Origin: Prorocentrum cordatum
Taxonomy: Eukaryota
Direction of reading: 5' to 3'
Length of the DNA stretch: 55,118 bases
Assembly (NCBI GenBank): GCA_963575745.1
Contig: CAUYUJ010000183.1
Location: forward strand, 62,001-117,118
Shown here: piece after piece, positions 1 through 11,560 of the stretch
Numbering within the stretch: the stretch's first letter is position 1
Layout: each line of letters starts with the position of its first letter
Position numbers and translations under genes: made by a program
The notes under the pieces: model-generated
Database searches by the model: none
Told to the model about the DNA's origin: nothing
Seen by the model: the letters and a program-made list of their open reading frames with translations, nothing else

Positions 1-336
1 GAGGGGGCCACGAAGGGCTGCAACGCGGCCGCGAAGGGCAGCGAGGGGGCCACGAGGGGCTGCAACGGGGCCACGAAACAAAGCGAGGGGGCCACGAAGG
101 GCTGCAACGCGGCCACGAAACAAAGCGAGGGGGGCCACGAAGGGCTGCAACGCGGCCACGAAACACAGCGAGGGGGCCACGAAAGGCTGCAACGGGGCCA
201 CGAAGGGCAGCGAGGGGGCCACGAAGGGCTGCAACGGGGCCATGAAACACAGCGAGGGGGCCACGAAGGGCTGCAACGGGTCCACGAAGGGCAGCGAGGA
301 GGCCACGAATGGCTGCAACGGGGCCACGAAGGGCAG
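1..336. repeat. 42-bp tandem minisatellite (8 copies, truncated by window start), each unit made of two related 21-bp halves
   Basis: GAGGGGGCCACGAAGGGCTGCAACG(C/G)GGCCACGAA(GGG/ACA)CAGC starts at 1, 43, 85, 127, 170, 212, 254, 296. Confidence 0.95.
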
Positions 337-344
337 GGAGATCC

Positions 345-640
345 CGATTCCTAATTATCTGTGAGGGAGTCCTAAGCGTGAGCGCGACTCCTGGGTGCCT
401 GAGTGTCGGGAATGCGGCGCCTGAGCAAATTGCGGGAAATTCCAAAGCAAGGGCGCTATTCTTGAGTGAGTTGCAAGCAAGTCTCCAGCGACAGCGCGAC
501 TCCAGAGCGCCGAGAGAATGATTCCTGAATGAATTGAAAGGAAGTCCCAAGCGAGCGCGCTACTCCTGAGTAAAATGCGAGGAAGTCTCAGGCGGGAGCG
601 GGGGTCCTGGCAAAATTGCGGGAAAGTCTCAAGCGGGAAC
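345..640. repeat. Degenerate ~41-bp minisatellite
   Basis: Recurring ATTCCTGAGTAAATTGCGGGAAGTCYCAAGCGAGCGCG-like unit near 347, 419, 457, 521, 562, 603. Confidence 0.6.
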
Positions 641-973
641 CGTTGTTGTTGTAACCCGGGGGCCAACAGCGCAGCTTGAGGACGAAGACTTTCCTTTATA
701 AAACAGGGTGCGAGCGCAGGCAAGGGCACTTCATTAAAAAAACCAACATGTTTTTTCTTCGGCAAACAAATCCATCTCTCAAGAATCCGCTGCCCCTCGA
801 CGAGGCTTTCCTGAACTCCGCGCACGACGCACAGAACCTGGCAGAGAGCAAACACCAACGGCCCAGGACACGCAGGGGGAGTCCTGCGCACGTGGCCGAA
901 ATTCTGCGTGAGAGGCCACGCGGGGAAAGGGAGGGGGGATCAACAACAATTGTTCTTCAGTGTGAGAGTTCGA

Positions 974-1480
974 CTCCTCCTCCTCCTCCTCCTCCTCCTC
1001 CTCCTCCTCCTCCTCCTCCTCCTCCCCTACTCCTCCTCCTCCTCATCCCCTCCCTCCTCCTCCCTCCTCCTCCTCCCCTCCTCCTCCTCCTCCTCCTCCT
1101 CCTCCTCCTCCTCCTCCTCCTCCTCCTCCTCCGCCTCCGACGACGACGACGACGACGACGAGGACGACGACGACGACAACGACCACTTCGAGGCAGCACG
1201 CGGGCGCTCCACCACGACCGCACTGGGCGCTGCAGCTTGCGGGAGGAGCACACGGCGCAAACGTGCCGCCGGCGCGCCGAGGTGGCGCGACGCAGCCCCG
1301 CCCTTGCAGGAGAGGGGCGGTGACGACGAGGAGGAGGAGGAGGAGGAGAGAGGAGGGAGGAGGAGGAGAGGAGGAGGAGGAGGAGGAGGAGGAGGAGGAG
1401 GAGGAGGAGGAGGAGGAGGAGGAGGAGGCGGAGGAGAGAGGAGGAGGAGAGAGGAGGAACAGCAGGAGGAGAGAGGAGAG
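974..1480. repeat. (CCT)n, (GAC)n and (GGA)n microsatellite cluster
   Basis: Direct reading; source of poly-P/L/S/E/G/R pseudo-ORFs. Confidence 0.95.
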
Positions 1481-3247
1481 AGGGGCGGTGACTGCCAGCG
1501 CCACTGCCGCGCGGGCGCCAGCGCGCGTGGGGGCGCAAAACAGCGCACCCCCACGCGCGGCGGGGGCGCCTCATCCCCGCCCGCGTGGGCACGAGATGGG
1601 AGAGGAGGAGGACGTCGACGACCGAAAGCAGCCCGCGCGCGCGAAAACACGACTCCCCGACATAGGCCGAACCGCCCTGGAGCCCCAAGCGCTCACGCTC
1701 GAGGGGGGCGGGCTCGTGGACAGAAGAGCGACGGGCGCGAACAGGGGGGATTGGCTGGAGACGGATAGGGACAGGAATGCGACAGCGGAAAGAGGATCGG
1801 CAGAAGGAAACGGCACGGAAACGAGGGCACACGCGCGGAATGGAAGTGCCAGAGAGGCCACGAAGGAGGAGGGCGCAAAGGTGTCCTGCACAGACACGCG
1901 AGCAGAGGGCGAACCCGACGGCGGGGTGGCGGAACGAGGGGCGAAAAAGAAACTCGGAGGGGGGCCACCGGCGAAGGGGCGGGGGGAGCGGGGGGGGAAA
2001 GGCTCGCTAGGAGGGGGCGGCGACGGGGGAGAGAGGGCGGCGAGGACGAGGAGGGCGCAGAAAAGGGCGACGGCGAAGAGGAACGGAGGCGGCTGGGAGA
2101 ACGCGAAACAAACAACAAACACAAGCGATGACATGGAGGATGGAGGGAGAGGAGGGGGGGCGACGACGAGGACGAAAAACAAGTGGAGGAGCAAGACGGA
2201 GAACGCAAGGCCATTCGGAAGAGGGGGCAGACAGGAACGATCCAGACATGGGATGAAGGAAAGGGAAGCGTCGCGAGGCACCCGTCGGCGACCGCTTCTT
2301 CGGAGCCGCGCAGCTACGGGCCTCTCCCGAAAGGGGGGCCGTTTGGCTTCTGCGCTCGGACTTGGGCGCCGCAGGGGGAGGCTCGCAGAAGCCCAGCGGA
2401 AACAGTGAAACGATCTGCAGAAGCTTTCGGCACCGCCCCGTTGGCTTTTCAGAGGCTCATGAGAGGCCCCTTGCAAGTTCGCAGAGCGGTCATGGGGCTT
2501 GTCTGCATGAGGCCCACTTGATCACGAGGGGCTCTACAAGCTTCTGAGATGATCTCGAGAGGCTCCTGAGAAGCTACCGGGAGGCTCCCGACGTGCGTCT
2601 GAACAAGAAGGTTGTTAAGGATGGGCTTGGGCGCACCTCGCGTGGCCGAATCTCAACTCCGACCATGTTTGCGGCAGCCGCGCGCCCGCTCCGAATCTTG
2701 CCCGTCGACGTCCCCGACGGGGCTCTGCACCGCGCCGAGTGAGGGCTCCGAGCCCTGTCCGTCGGCGCCCCGAGTGGTGCTCCGCACCGTAAAAAAAAAC
2801 AGGACAAACGATAACTCACCCAACTTTCGCTCAAGATTTGGCGATGCGTAACTGCCGTCTTTCGGGGCATCCTTCGGCGGCCTCTGTCAGTGGCACCTCG
2901 GCGGGGCAAGCCCGCCGCGAACGGGTGACCCGCGCGCCCGCGGCCCCGCGGACCCCGAGTCCTGGGCGCGCGACTCAAGGGCGCCGAACTCCCTTGATTC
3001 TGAGGCCAAGGCCCACGGACCCTGCGGCAGCCCAGGGCGCGCGATCCCCTCGGGCTCACTGTCTACGGGCCCGCGGTACCTGGGCACCGGAATCAAAAGC
3101 GGAAGGCTGCGGCGCTTTGCGGCGAAGGAACGGGACTTCCCGGGCCCCGCAAGGAATGGCCAGCGACTTCTGGGAATCTCATCGAAGGTCGAGGGCTCCT
3201 GGGGCGCAGAGTCAGGGGCCCGCGAAGTCCGTGGCGCGGCCCTGGGG

Positions 3248-3426
3248 TTAATTCGGGGGTGTCCCCCTACAGGGGGATTGTCGACGGATGAAAAACCCAA
3301 AATAATCAAAACATAATCCAAAAATTGTCTTGGGACTATGTTTTGAATTATTTGACCATTTTGGTACATTTTTGTGTGAAAAAAATTCACCCCAGATCCC
3401 CCTGTAGGGGGACACGCCCGACTTAA
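3248..3426. mobile_element. hAT-like MITE family A, copy 1
   Basis: TIRs TTAATTCGGGGGTGTCCCCCTACAGGGGGA ... TCCCCCTGTAGGGGGACACGCCCGACTTAA; perfect 8-bp TSD CCCTGGGG (3240-3247, 3427-3434). Confidence 0.9.
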
Positions 3427-3780
3427 CCCTGGGGCCCTGGGGCCCGAGACTCCTGGGTCGTTGAACGAGGAGGGCCCACGACCCGCGGGCCCTCGAGCCA
3501 CGCGCACAGCTGCAGCCCCGCCCGGAGGGGTTCCAAGGGGGGCGGCGCCGCAGGATGGCCACTGAAAAGGCCTCCGGCCGCCCAGGAAGCATCTGCAGTG
3601 AACAGTGAGAGCGCTGCAACCATGGGTAACATGGCAATCGTCTAGCGCGCTTAAACTCCCTCCGGCCTGCGAGCCGCAGCCCCTGACCCAGACCGAAAGG
3701 GGACGAACAAAAACCGCAGCTGGCCGCGCCTGGCCGCCTTCGCGGGCGGGCGAGCGCAAGGCGAAGACGCCGCGCTGCCG

Positions 3781-3950
3781 GAGGAGGGGGGGAGGAGGAG
3801 GAGGAGGAGGAGGAGGAGGAGGAGGAGGAGGAGGAGGAGGAGGAGGAGGAGGAGGAGGAGGAGGAGGGAGGAGGAGGAGGAGGAGGAGGAGGAGGAGGAG
3901 GAGGAGAGGAGGAGGAGGGAGAGGAGGGGAGGAGGAGGAGGAGGAGGACG
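3781..3950. repeat. (GGA)n microsatellite abutting the 3' end of the CRE-like element
   Basis: Direct reading. Confidence 0.95.
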
Positions 3951-3959
3951 AGGGACGAG

Positions 3960-6095
3960 GGGGGAGAGGAAAAAACACGGAGAGGAGGCGCCGACATGCA
4001 AGAGAAGGGGGGGGCGGCAAAGGCAGCAGCAGGCAAGCGCGCGCGGTGGGGGCGGGCGGGGGGCGGCGGCGGCCGTCGGGGGGTCGTCGCGGGTCGTCGT
4101 GGGTCTGGGGGTCGTCGGTTGTGGTCCTGGTCGTGGTCGCGGTCGGGGGTGGTCGAGGTCGTGGTCTGGGTCAAAAGGGAAGGGGTTGCCGGGGCGGGGC
4201 GTTGGGGGTGGTCGTGTTTGCGGTCGGCTCAGGCAGCGTCGGCCGCTCTAGCCGCCGTGGCCGCTGCCAGTCTGGCCGCAGGCGCCCTGCCGGGGCCCTG
4301 CAGCCTGCGGAGCACGGCCCGCGCGTTCTCCTTCTGGAGGAGTAGCGAGGTTCGCTGGGCGTGCTCCGCCGCCACGATGGCGGGGCCCTCCCCCGTGGCG
4401 TCCGCCGCGCGCTTCGCCAGGACGGCTAACGCGCGGCGTGCCTCCTTGCCCCAAGCGCCGCCGTGCGCCCCGCCGGCCGCGCTGCAGCTGCGCGCCGTGT
4501 CGAGGAACTGGCGCTTCTGCTCATCGTAGCGCTCGGCGGCGGCGCCCGGCGCGGCTGCCGAGGCTGCAAGGAGGTCGCTCCGCAGCCCGGAGGTGGCCGC
4601 AAACTCAAGGGCTGCCGGGACGCCGTTGCGCCAGCGGGGGACGTACACGTCCGCTGGGCGCCGGCCGCTCTCGTCGAGCTCGCCGCCGTTGGTCTCCGCC
4701 CCGGGCGGGCCCTCCCCTCGCTCGCGGGGCGGCAGCAGGCCCGGCCGCTCGAGCTCGGCGCCCGGGAAGCCGGCGGCCTGCGCGGCAAAGAAGGTCTCGT
4801 CGCGCAGGAAGTCGTTCCGCTTCACGCGGACCCCGCGGTAGGGGCACACCAGCGCGCGGTCCCCGTAGACGTCCAGGACGCCGTCGCAGGCCGGGCAGAA
4901 AGCCTCCTCGCTCGCTAACTGCACCCGCAAGCGCCTCTGCAGAGCGATCTGCATCAAGCCGCGCGGGAAGGCCGTGCCGACTTCGGCGCAGGGCCGCGCC
5001 TGCAGCCAGCCGCAGGCGCCCTCCGCGCTCACCAGCGAGAGGTGGGCCCTGGTGGCGAGGCTGGCGCCCCCAAAGTTCGGCCTTGGCGGCTTTGTCCAGT
5101 TTGCCAGAGAGGCCCCGCTGGTCGCTGTGCTGGCTGGCGTCGAACTCAATCCTGTCCGCCTGCGGGAGCCGGGCGTTGTAGGATCTCTCGGCCGCGCCCA
5201 GAGCGCCGTCGGCGCCTGTGTCGTCGTCGGAGTAGCCCGCCCAGAGCTGCCGGCAGAGCGCAGAGCAGGCTGCGCGGGAGGCCAGGTAAGCGGCGGACGC
5301 GTGGCGCTCTGCTGAGCGCAGCCCCAGGCCGCCTGCCTTGAGGGCGAGCTGCGCCTGCGCCCAGGAGTCGTCCGTGGGGGAGCTGCTCGTCAGTTGCTCG
5401 AGGCTGGCGCGAACTGCGTTGTCGAGGGCAACCAGCGCCTCCGTTTGCATTATGGGCGGGACAACCCGCGCGGAGATACCGAGTCTGCAGAATCCGGCAC
5501 ATTGCCGCAGCAAGTGGAGCGCGACCTGGGCGTTCTCGAGATCGCCGGGGGCCTCGAGGAGCTCGGTGGCCTTGTCGACTCGCTGCTGGGTGTGCTCGCG
5601 GCAGAAGGCGTCGCTGCCGACTGCATGGCGCGCCCAGGAGTTCAAAGCAGCCGTCCGCGCGCAGGCCGAAGCCCGGGGGGAAGGCCTGCAGGTCCACCTC
5701 GCTGTCGTCGCCGCCGGTGGGGACCACCTCGCATTTCCCAGGCCCCGTGCTCAGGCGGAGTCCCACGGCCGCCAGCTCTCCTACCAGCAGGTGGAGGAGG
5801 TGCGCCACGGCGAGCCAGTCGCCCGCCAGGGTGCCGTCGTCGAGGAAGAAGGTCAGGTCCAAGGCGCCTTCGCCCGCGGGGGCTGGCTGGCGGAGAGCCC
5901 TTTCGGCAGCGCGCTGCAGCGCCAGGGAGAAGAGCAGCGGTCCCAGGGGGTCTCCTTGCTGCACGCCGCATTCCGAGCGGATCGAGTGCCGGCCAAGCCA
6001 GAGCAGGGAGGGGGCCCGGTAGCACCAGGAAGCCCAGGGCGGGCAGCAGGGAGGAGGGCTTGGCGGTGGAACGCGTTGAAGGCGTTGCTGAGGGG
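3960..6095 (-). mobile_element. Degenerate, 5'-truncated CRE-clade (RLE-type) non-LTR retrotransposon: reverse transcriptase, Zn-knuckle and restriction-like endonuclease
   Basis: Minus-strand segments in changing frames: SNAFNAFHRQALL (~6090-6050), GVQQGDPLGPLLFSLALQ, FFLDDGTLAG, KCEV, FELLGAP (to ~5630), AQLALKAGGLGLRSA, CPACDGVLDVYGDRALVC..KRNDFLRD, RRPADVY..AALEFAATS; stop at 4229; at least 3 frameshifts; C-rich 3' UTR runs to ~3960. Confidence 0.9.
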
Positions 6096-6138
6096 GGCGG
6101 TCGGTCCGCGCGCAAACGGATCATCGATGGCTCTCGGC

Positions 6139-6299
6139 GGTGGGCAAACCTCCCTTTAGTAGACCTCCCCTTAGTGAAAACTGCCTGGGACCGAAACCGA
6201 CGGACCTGGACCCGCAAAAATGACGGCCGCGACGCCCTCGCGCGAACCGAGAACGGCCAATTCCTTAATCGACGTGTCAGGGTAGGAGGTCTGTCCACC
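6139..6299. mobile_element. Small TIR element just upstream of the truncated RT
   Basis: GGTGGGCAAACCTCC ... GGAGGTCTGTCCACC inverted termini. Confidence 0.55.
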
Positions 6300-6423
6300 C
6301 CCGAGGCTCCTGGGGTGGCCCACGGAACGCTCCGGGAGCCTGACCTGCTGCCCCCGCAGACGCCCCCAGGCGCACCCCAGAAGCAAGGCGGGGCAAGAAC
6401 GCGGGCGCACCTGGCCCCCGATA

Positions 6424-6562
6424 GGGGGCCACCTGCGAACCCTACCCCTACCCCCCACGATTTCGGAGGGGGAGGGTGGGGTTCACTTCATTTGGGAGCT
6501 CCCGAGTGAAGTGAACCCACCCTCCCCCTCCGAAATCGTGGTAGGGCTCGCAGGTGGCCCCC
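6424..6562. mobile_element. Spacerless fold-back (palindromic) MITE, TA-flanked
   Basis: GGGGGCCACCTGCGA..CCACGATTTCGGAGGGGGAGGGTGGG..TTCACTTCA mirrored about GGGAGCTCCC (6495-6504); TA on both sides. Confidence 0.85.
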
Positions 6563-6974
6563 TACCCGAAAGCACGGGGGGGGGGGCCATCAGGGCAAGC
6601 TCGACGCAGTGAGCTGAGGTAGGCTGCTGGGCGCGGGCTTCCGCGGCCCGCGCGCGGGCGCGCCCTCGCCAGGGAAGCGGCCGCGCAACGCACAGAGCCA
6701 GACCCGTTCGGCGGAGCTGCCCCCGAAAAACCACTTCGGCGCACGGGTGCCCCACTCCAGCTGGGGGAAGCTGCGGGACAACCCGCACGCCATCGAACGA
6801 GGAAGCTCCGTGGGGTGCAGTCGCCCGGATGCGCAGCACGGAGAGAGTTGGGCGCCCGAGTTATATCTGGGGCAACTCGGGTCCGGGCTAACTCGGGCTT
6901 GGATGCCCGAAAAACGAGCCCGAGTCAGCCCTGACCCGAGTTACTCCTGATGATTCGGGGTTCTGAGAGAGGAA

Positions 6975-7160
6975 CCCAGACCCCCGACGTAATGTTTTTT
7001 TCATTACGTCGACCCCCACAGGTCCCGACCCTTTCCCTATGACCGGCTTTGCATCCTGAGTCGTTTTTCGACGCTCCCGAGGCCCGGTGAGGGCCCCCGG
7101 AGGCCGAAAATTAGGAAAAACCTCCCGTCGTGATTTTTTCATTACTCGAGGGGGTCTGGG
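6975..7160 (+). mobile_element. 186-bp CCCAGAC-terminus MITE family B (EnSpm/CACTA-like, tentative), copy 1
   Basis: CCCAGACCCCC ... GGGGGTCTGGG termini, GAA on both flanks; homologous copies at 31948, 34097, 50605, 51007, 51212, 54983. Confidence 0.8.
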
Positions 7161-7977
7161 GAAGAGTAAGTGGGCAAGAAGTAAGTGAGTGCGCAAGAAA
7201 AAATGGGGAGCGAGAGGGCCTGCTTGGACTGAGGACCATGCTTTGATCAGAAGCCGCGCCATCCTCGAGGAGCTCCGCGGCCTGCCGAAACAGCGTGGAC
7301 TTCGTGGTTGAAAAGCGCCAGCAGGGCTGTCGCTATAACGAGGCCCAGCGGGGCCAGAGCGAGTCGGGGCCCGACCATGCGCTGCGGCATCGCGAACAGC
7401 AGCCCACAACGCCAGCGGAAACGCCCGCAGTAGCGACATCGAGCAACAAGCATAAGCAACCCAGAGCATGACAAAGTTCACCGAAGTTTCGTTCGGTGTG
7501 TTTTTTTGTTCAACCCGAACACTTCAGGGATCTCGACCGATTCCCTCGGGACCGGTGGTTCATTCCGGATTATTTGTCGACAGTCCCAGGGCCAGCGGGG
7601 GCTCCCAAAGGCTGGAAATAGCCAGAAACTGCCGGGCATACGATGTTCATGACGCGACGAGGTCTTGGGCCCGTCCCCCAAATGCGCTCAAGACCAGTCC
7701 CCCTGGCCCATCCCGAGCTCCATCGAGGCCAGCCTCTCCTCGCAGATGCGACGCTCGACGGCTTACGGAAACAGCCTCTTCGATCCCCCCTCGACATCGG
7801 TGTGCTCTTCTCTAAGAGGGCCGGAGAACCACCCGCAGAGTGGGAACCAATCAGGCCATGACCAGCAGACGCGCCCAAAGAAGCAATCGATCGGGAGCAA
7901 GGCTGCTCGGCAAGCGCGCGGGAAAGTACAGCAGGCGCCAACCATGGAGGTCCGGGTGGTCCTTCCTCCCTTCCCTG

Positions 7978-8215
7978 ATCATTTGGTACTGGAATTTTCC
8001 AGTTGCGACTGGCGAGAACGGTCGCTACCGATTTTGCTTCAGATTTCGATATCGGTCGCGACCGATTTGCTTCACGGTCGCGACCAATCGGTCGCGACCG
8101 ATCGGTCGCGTTCGGTGGCGATCGGTCGCGACCGATTTTGTAATCGGTCGCGACCGATTTGGGATGTCGATCGGTCGCTACCGATCGCGACCGAAAAACA
8201 TCGGTATCCAATGAT
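7978..8215. mobile_element. TIR element packed with ATCGGTCGCGACCGAT palindromes
   Basis: Termini ATCATTTGGTAC ... GTATCCAATGAT flanked by CTG/CTG; many full or partial 16-bp palindromes at 8017-8195. Confidence 0.7.
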
Positions 8216-8366
8216 CTGGGTTGGTTTATGCTATTCCGGGCCTCGGCCTTCGTCTTCCCCTCCTCTGCCTCGCCATCCTTCGCGCCCTCGGCGCCCTCCT
8301 GCGGTCACTGGCCCGCCGAGATGAGAGGAGAGCTGCAACGGCGCCCACGGCGAGAAGGTTCGGCTA

Positions 8367-8525
8367 CACGCAAGAGTGACCCTGGGTAAGAGTGACCTTT
8401 GGTGCGCGGCTCTTTGGGGGCCGCGGGGAGACCAAACCTGGGCGCGCAAGCCCCAGGTTCAGCCATCTGAGGGCCCATCTGTGCCCGCACCAAAGGTCAC
8501 TCCGGCGGAAGGTCACTCTTACGTC
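8367..8525. mobile_element. TA-flanked MITE (Tc1/mariner-like, tentative)
   Basis: TA|CACGCAAGAGTGACC..AAGAGTGACCTTTGGTGCG ... CGCACCAAAGGTCACTC..GGTCACTCTTACGTC|TA. Confidence 0.75.
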
Positions 8526-8801
8526 TAATCGAAAGGTAAGGGGGCGGGGGGCCCACAAGCGGTCCGGGACGAGCACGAGGAATGAAAGGAGGGGGGCCCC
8601 TCTCAGTGCCTTCCGGAGGTGCTCGTCGGCGCCTCGAGGTCGTCTCGCCCCATCGGGGTGCAGCTCCACCAGCCGCGCATCGCCGAGGGCGCCCTGAGGG
8701 TGCCTGAATCGTCCTAGACGGCCGTTGTAGGCCCGAATTGTGAGCTGAACGCCACTCGGAGGAGGGCAACGACAACGACATCGACGACGACGACGACGCC
8801 G

Positions 8802-8839
<38 letters not shown>

Positions 8840-9833
8840 AACGACGACGACGACGGCGGCTACGACGACGACGGGCGGCGACGGCGACGAGGGTGACGAA
8901 GGCTATGGAGACAACGACGGCAGCGAACATGGCAGCGACGCAGAGAACGCCGAGGACGACGGGGGTGACGAAGACAAAGACGATGGATACGACGAAGGGG
9001 AAGATGACGACGACGATGACGACGACGACGAAGTCAGTGAAGGCGGCGGCGGCTATGGCTATGGCTACGGCTGTGGCTGTGGCTGTGACGCCGAAGGCGC
9101 AGAGAACGACCACGGCGGCGGCGCCGGCGGGGGCAGCGACGCAGGTGGCAGCGGCGTGGGCCGTCCTCCGGGGGCGCCGCGCCCTCCTGGGCTCCTGCGG
9201 GCACTGCTGATGGTGGTGGTGCTGGCGGTGGTGCTGGCGGTGGTGGTGGTGGTGCGGGCCACGAAAAAGGAGATAATGCCGGCGATGGTGGCGAAGAGCC
9301 TGAGGATGGCGATGATGAGGACGGTCATGATGATGGGGATGCTGCTGAGTAGGACGCGGAGGGCCGAAGGAGAAGGTTGAGGCGGAGGGAGGAACGAGGA
9401 TGGAGCAGGATTGAAGGATTCGATGTCGGCCTCGCGCGCGCCCGCGAAGGGGCAAGTGGCCCAGGCAGAGGAACAACGCCACCAGGAACGACGACGGCGA
9501 CGACAAAGCCTAGGAGGAGGAGGAGGAGGAGGAGGAGGAGGTCTAGGAGGAGGAGGAGGCCTAGGAGGAGGAGGAGGAGGAGGAGGAGGACGAGGAGGAG
9601 GAGGAGGAGGATCGAGGATCGAGGATGAGGACGGCACACGGCGCGACGACGGCGAGCGAGCGCGGCAACGCGACTTGCACGACGGCGACACCGGCAGCGG
9701 CGGCAGCGGCTCGCGCGGCGGGGCGTCCGTCGCGAGCCGCGCCCGCCGCGCCGCGCCGAGCCGGGGCCCAGAGGGTGCACCAGGCCCCGTGCACCAGAAG
9801 CTCCGCGTCTGCAGCGAGCACAGGCGTGCATGG

Positions 9834-10022
9834 GCACCGCTTCACCGATCCCCATGCCCAGCGGCGTGGCCCGGGCCCCACTGGCCGATGTGCCCCCCTG
9901 ATTCGGATGGGGATGGAGGCCGTTCCCTTCGGGTTTCGAGGGGTGCATCCCCAAGTGGGGTGGTAATGTGGTGGGGGTCTCGAAGGGGATGGGGACGGGG
10001 ATGGGGGCCAGTGAAACGATAC
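9834..10022 (+). mobile_element. PIF/Harbinger-like MITE family C, copy 1
   Basis: TIR GCATCGTTTAACCGATCCCCATCCCC-like; homologous to 17805 and 29537 copies; flanks TGG/TGA. Confidence 0.75.
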
Positions 10023-11019
10023 TGAGTGTAGAGCCTGGGGGCACATGGCCTCAGTCACTAAGTCACAGATGTCCAGCGTGGGGACCGTCGCCGTGCCGAG
10101 CGAGGCGCCACTGTGTAGGTCACGCCCCTCCAATAAAAGCCAGACCCCTTCGAGAGATGCCGGAACTCACTCTTCCGTGGCAGACCCGCTGGAGGTGTGT
10201 CACAGTCATGCAACTGTAGGCCACACGTAGGCGGCAACACATATGCGAGACAAACGTGATTGAAGAATGCCCAGAACTGCGTGGAGCAGGACAGCCTCTC
10301 TTGGCAATCGCATCTTTGGTCGTGCGGGAGGCCCGACACGTGCGGCACCTATTTCTTACAAAACGCCCAACGCAGATCAGCTGGTGTTCAAAGCCCTGGG
10401 GAGGAGCCACTAGGTAGTAGGGAGGAGATCGGAGGGAAGGGGGCGTCACCCAACAATATCTTATCGCTCCGAGGTGGCATAGCCAGTTCGTGGGAACCTA
10501 CAAAACCAATCTACCTCGCACCTACAAAACCAATATACTTCGCAAGTGAAGTGGCCACTGCTCGGGACACATTCCCAAAGTCTGTGTCCCTCTCCTCCTT
10601 CACCTCCGCCTCCTGCCTCTCCTTCGTGGTCCCACTCCCCGTCCTCCTCCTTCCGCTCGTCCTCCCCAGGAATCCCCCTGGCGGGAGGGGGGCTGGCAGG
10701 CCCGACGTGCCTGCGGCCTGTTGACGGCGGCGCAGCGCGGCGCTGCGCAAGCGGCCGTGGACGGCCAGGAGCAGCGCGGCGGGCGTGGCGCGGGTGGTGC
10801 CCTCACGCCGGGGCGTGCGGAGGAGGCTCTGCTGGTGGCGCACGGCGCGGCGGGGCTGCGTGCGCGCAGCCCTGCTCGGAGTCGAGGCAAGGCGGCTGCT
10901 GCCTGCCAGGGGGACCACCGGGGAAGATGCTGGCGAGTCAGGCAGGGCGCGCAACGTGGAGTGCCACCGCGCCGTGGACATATGTGCTGGCATCGTCACG
11001 GTGCTCATGGGGAGCAAGT

Positions 11020-11560
11020 GGACGAGGAGGACGAGCTAGTCGAGAGGCAGGTACCCAGCGCGACATCTCCAAGGTCGCGGAGTGGGGCAACACGGTGGAG
11101 AGGCCAGTGAATACAGGGTTGCAGGAGGTGCAGCGGGCCAACGTGCAGCTGGAAGCGAGGCCGAGTGAGGTGCAGGTGGAGCTCAACGGCGCCATCGACC
11201 AGCTGAAGGAGGAGAGCTCGGAGCTTGCAGTTGCGTGCGAGCGAGCGGGCGCACCTGGGCAATGACTTCGTGGATCTACATGCCGACGACGCAGAGGGAG
11301 TTCGCCGGGGAGCGTGCTCGGGCGGCGGAGACTGATACCAAAGTGGCGGCGACGGACGCCGACCTTGTGAAGGATCACGGCCGCCACGAGGAGCTCGAGG
11401 AGCGGAATGCTGAGCTGCAGGTGGCGCTCGAGGCCGAGCGAGGGATGGGGAAGCAGCAGATGGCTCGAATCGACGGGGCAACGGGGCTCGCACAGGAGGT
11501 CACGGCAAGCATCCATGGGCCGAGGCCCAGAGCGAAACAGGCACCGAAAAACGGGGGCCA
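11020..11560 (+). pseudogene. Decayed coiled-coil-like coding remnant of unknown origin
   Basis: Frame-hopping heptad-like peptides (LQEVQRANVQLEARPSEVQVELNGAIDQLKEE; HEELEERNAELQVALEAER) broken by stops and frameshifts. Confidence 0.3.

Noticed and set aside
676..2476. Long poly-P/L/S/E/G/R ORFs here and at 3.6, 9, 12-13, 24-25, 33, 45, 51 and 53 kb
   Set aside because: Translations of stop-free (CCT/GGA)n microsatellites, open in several frames at once.
2820..2835. Other GCTCAAG-type matches as SL relicts (2829, 7686, 23121, 26449, 47571, 47798)
   Set aside because: Short matches only, without a matching CCGTAGCCATTTT part or a downstream gene.
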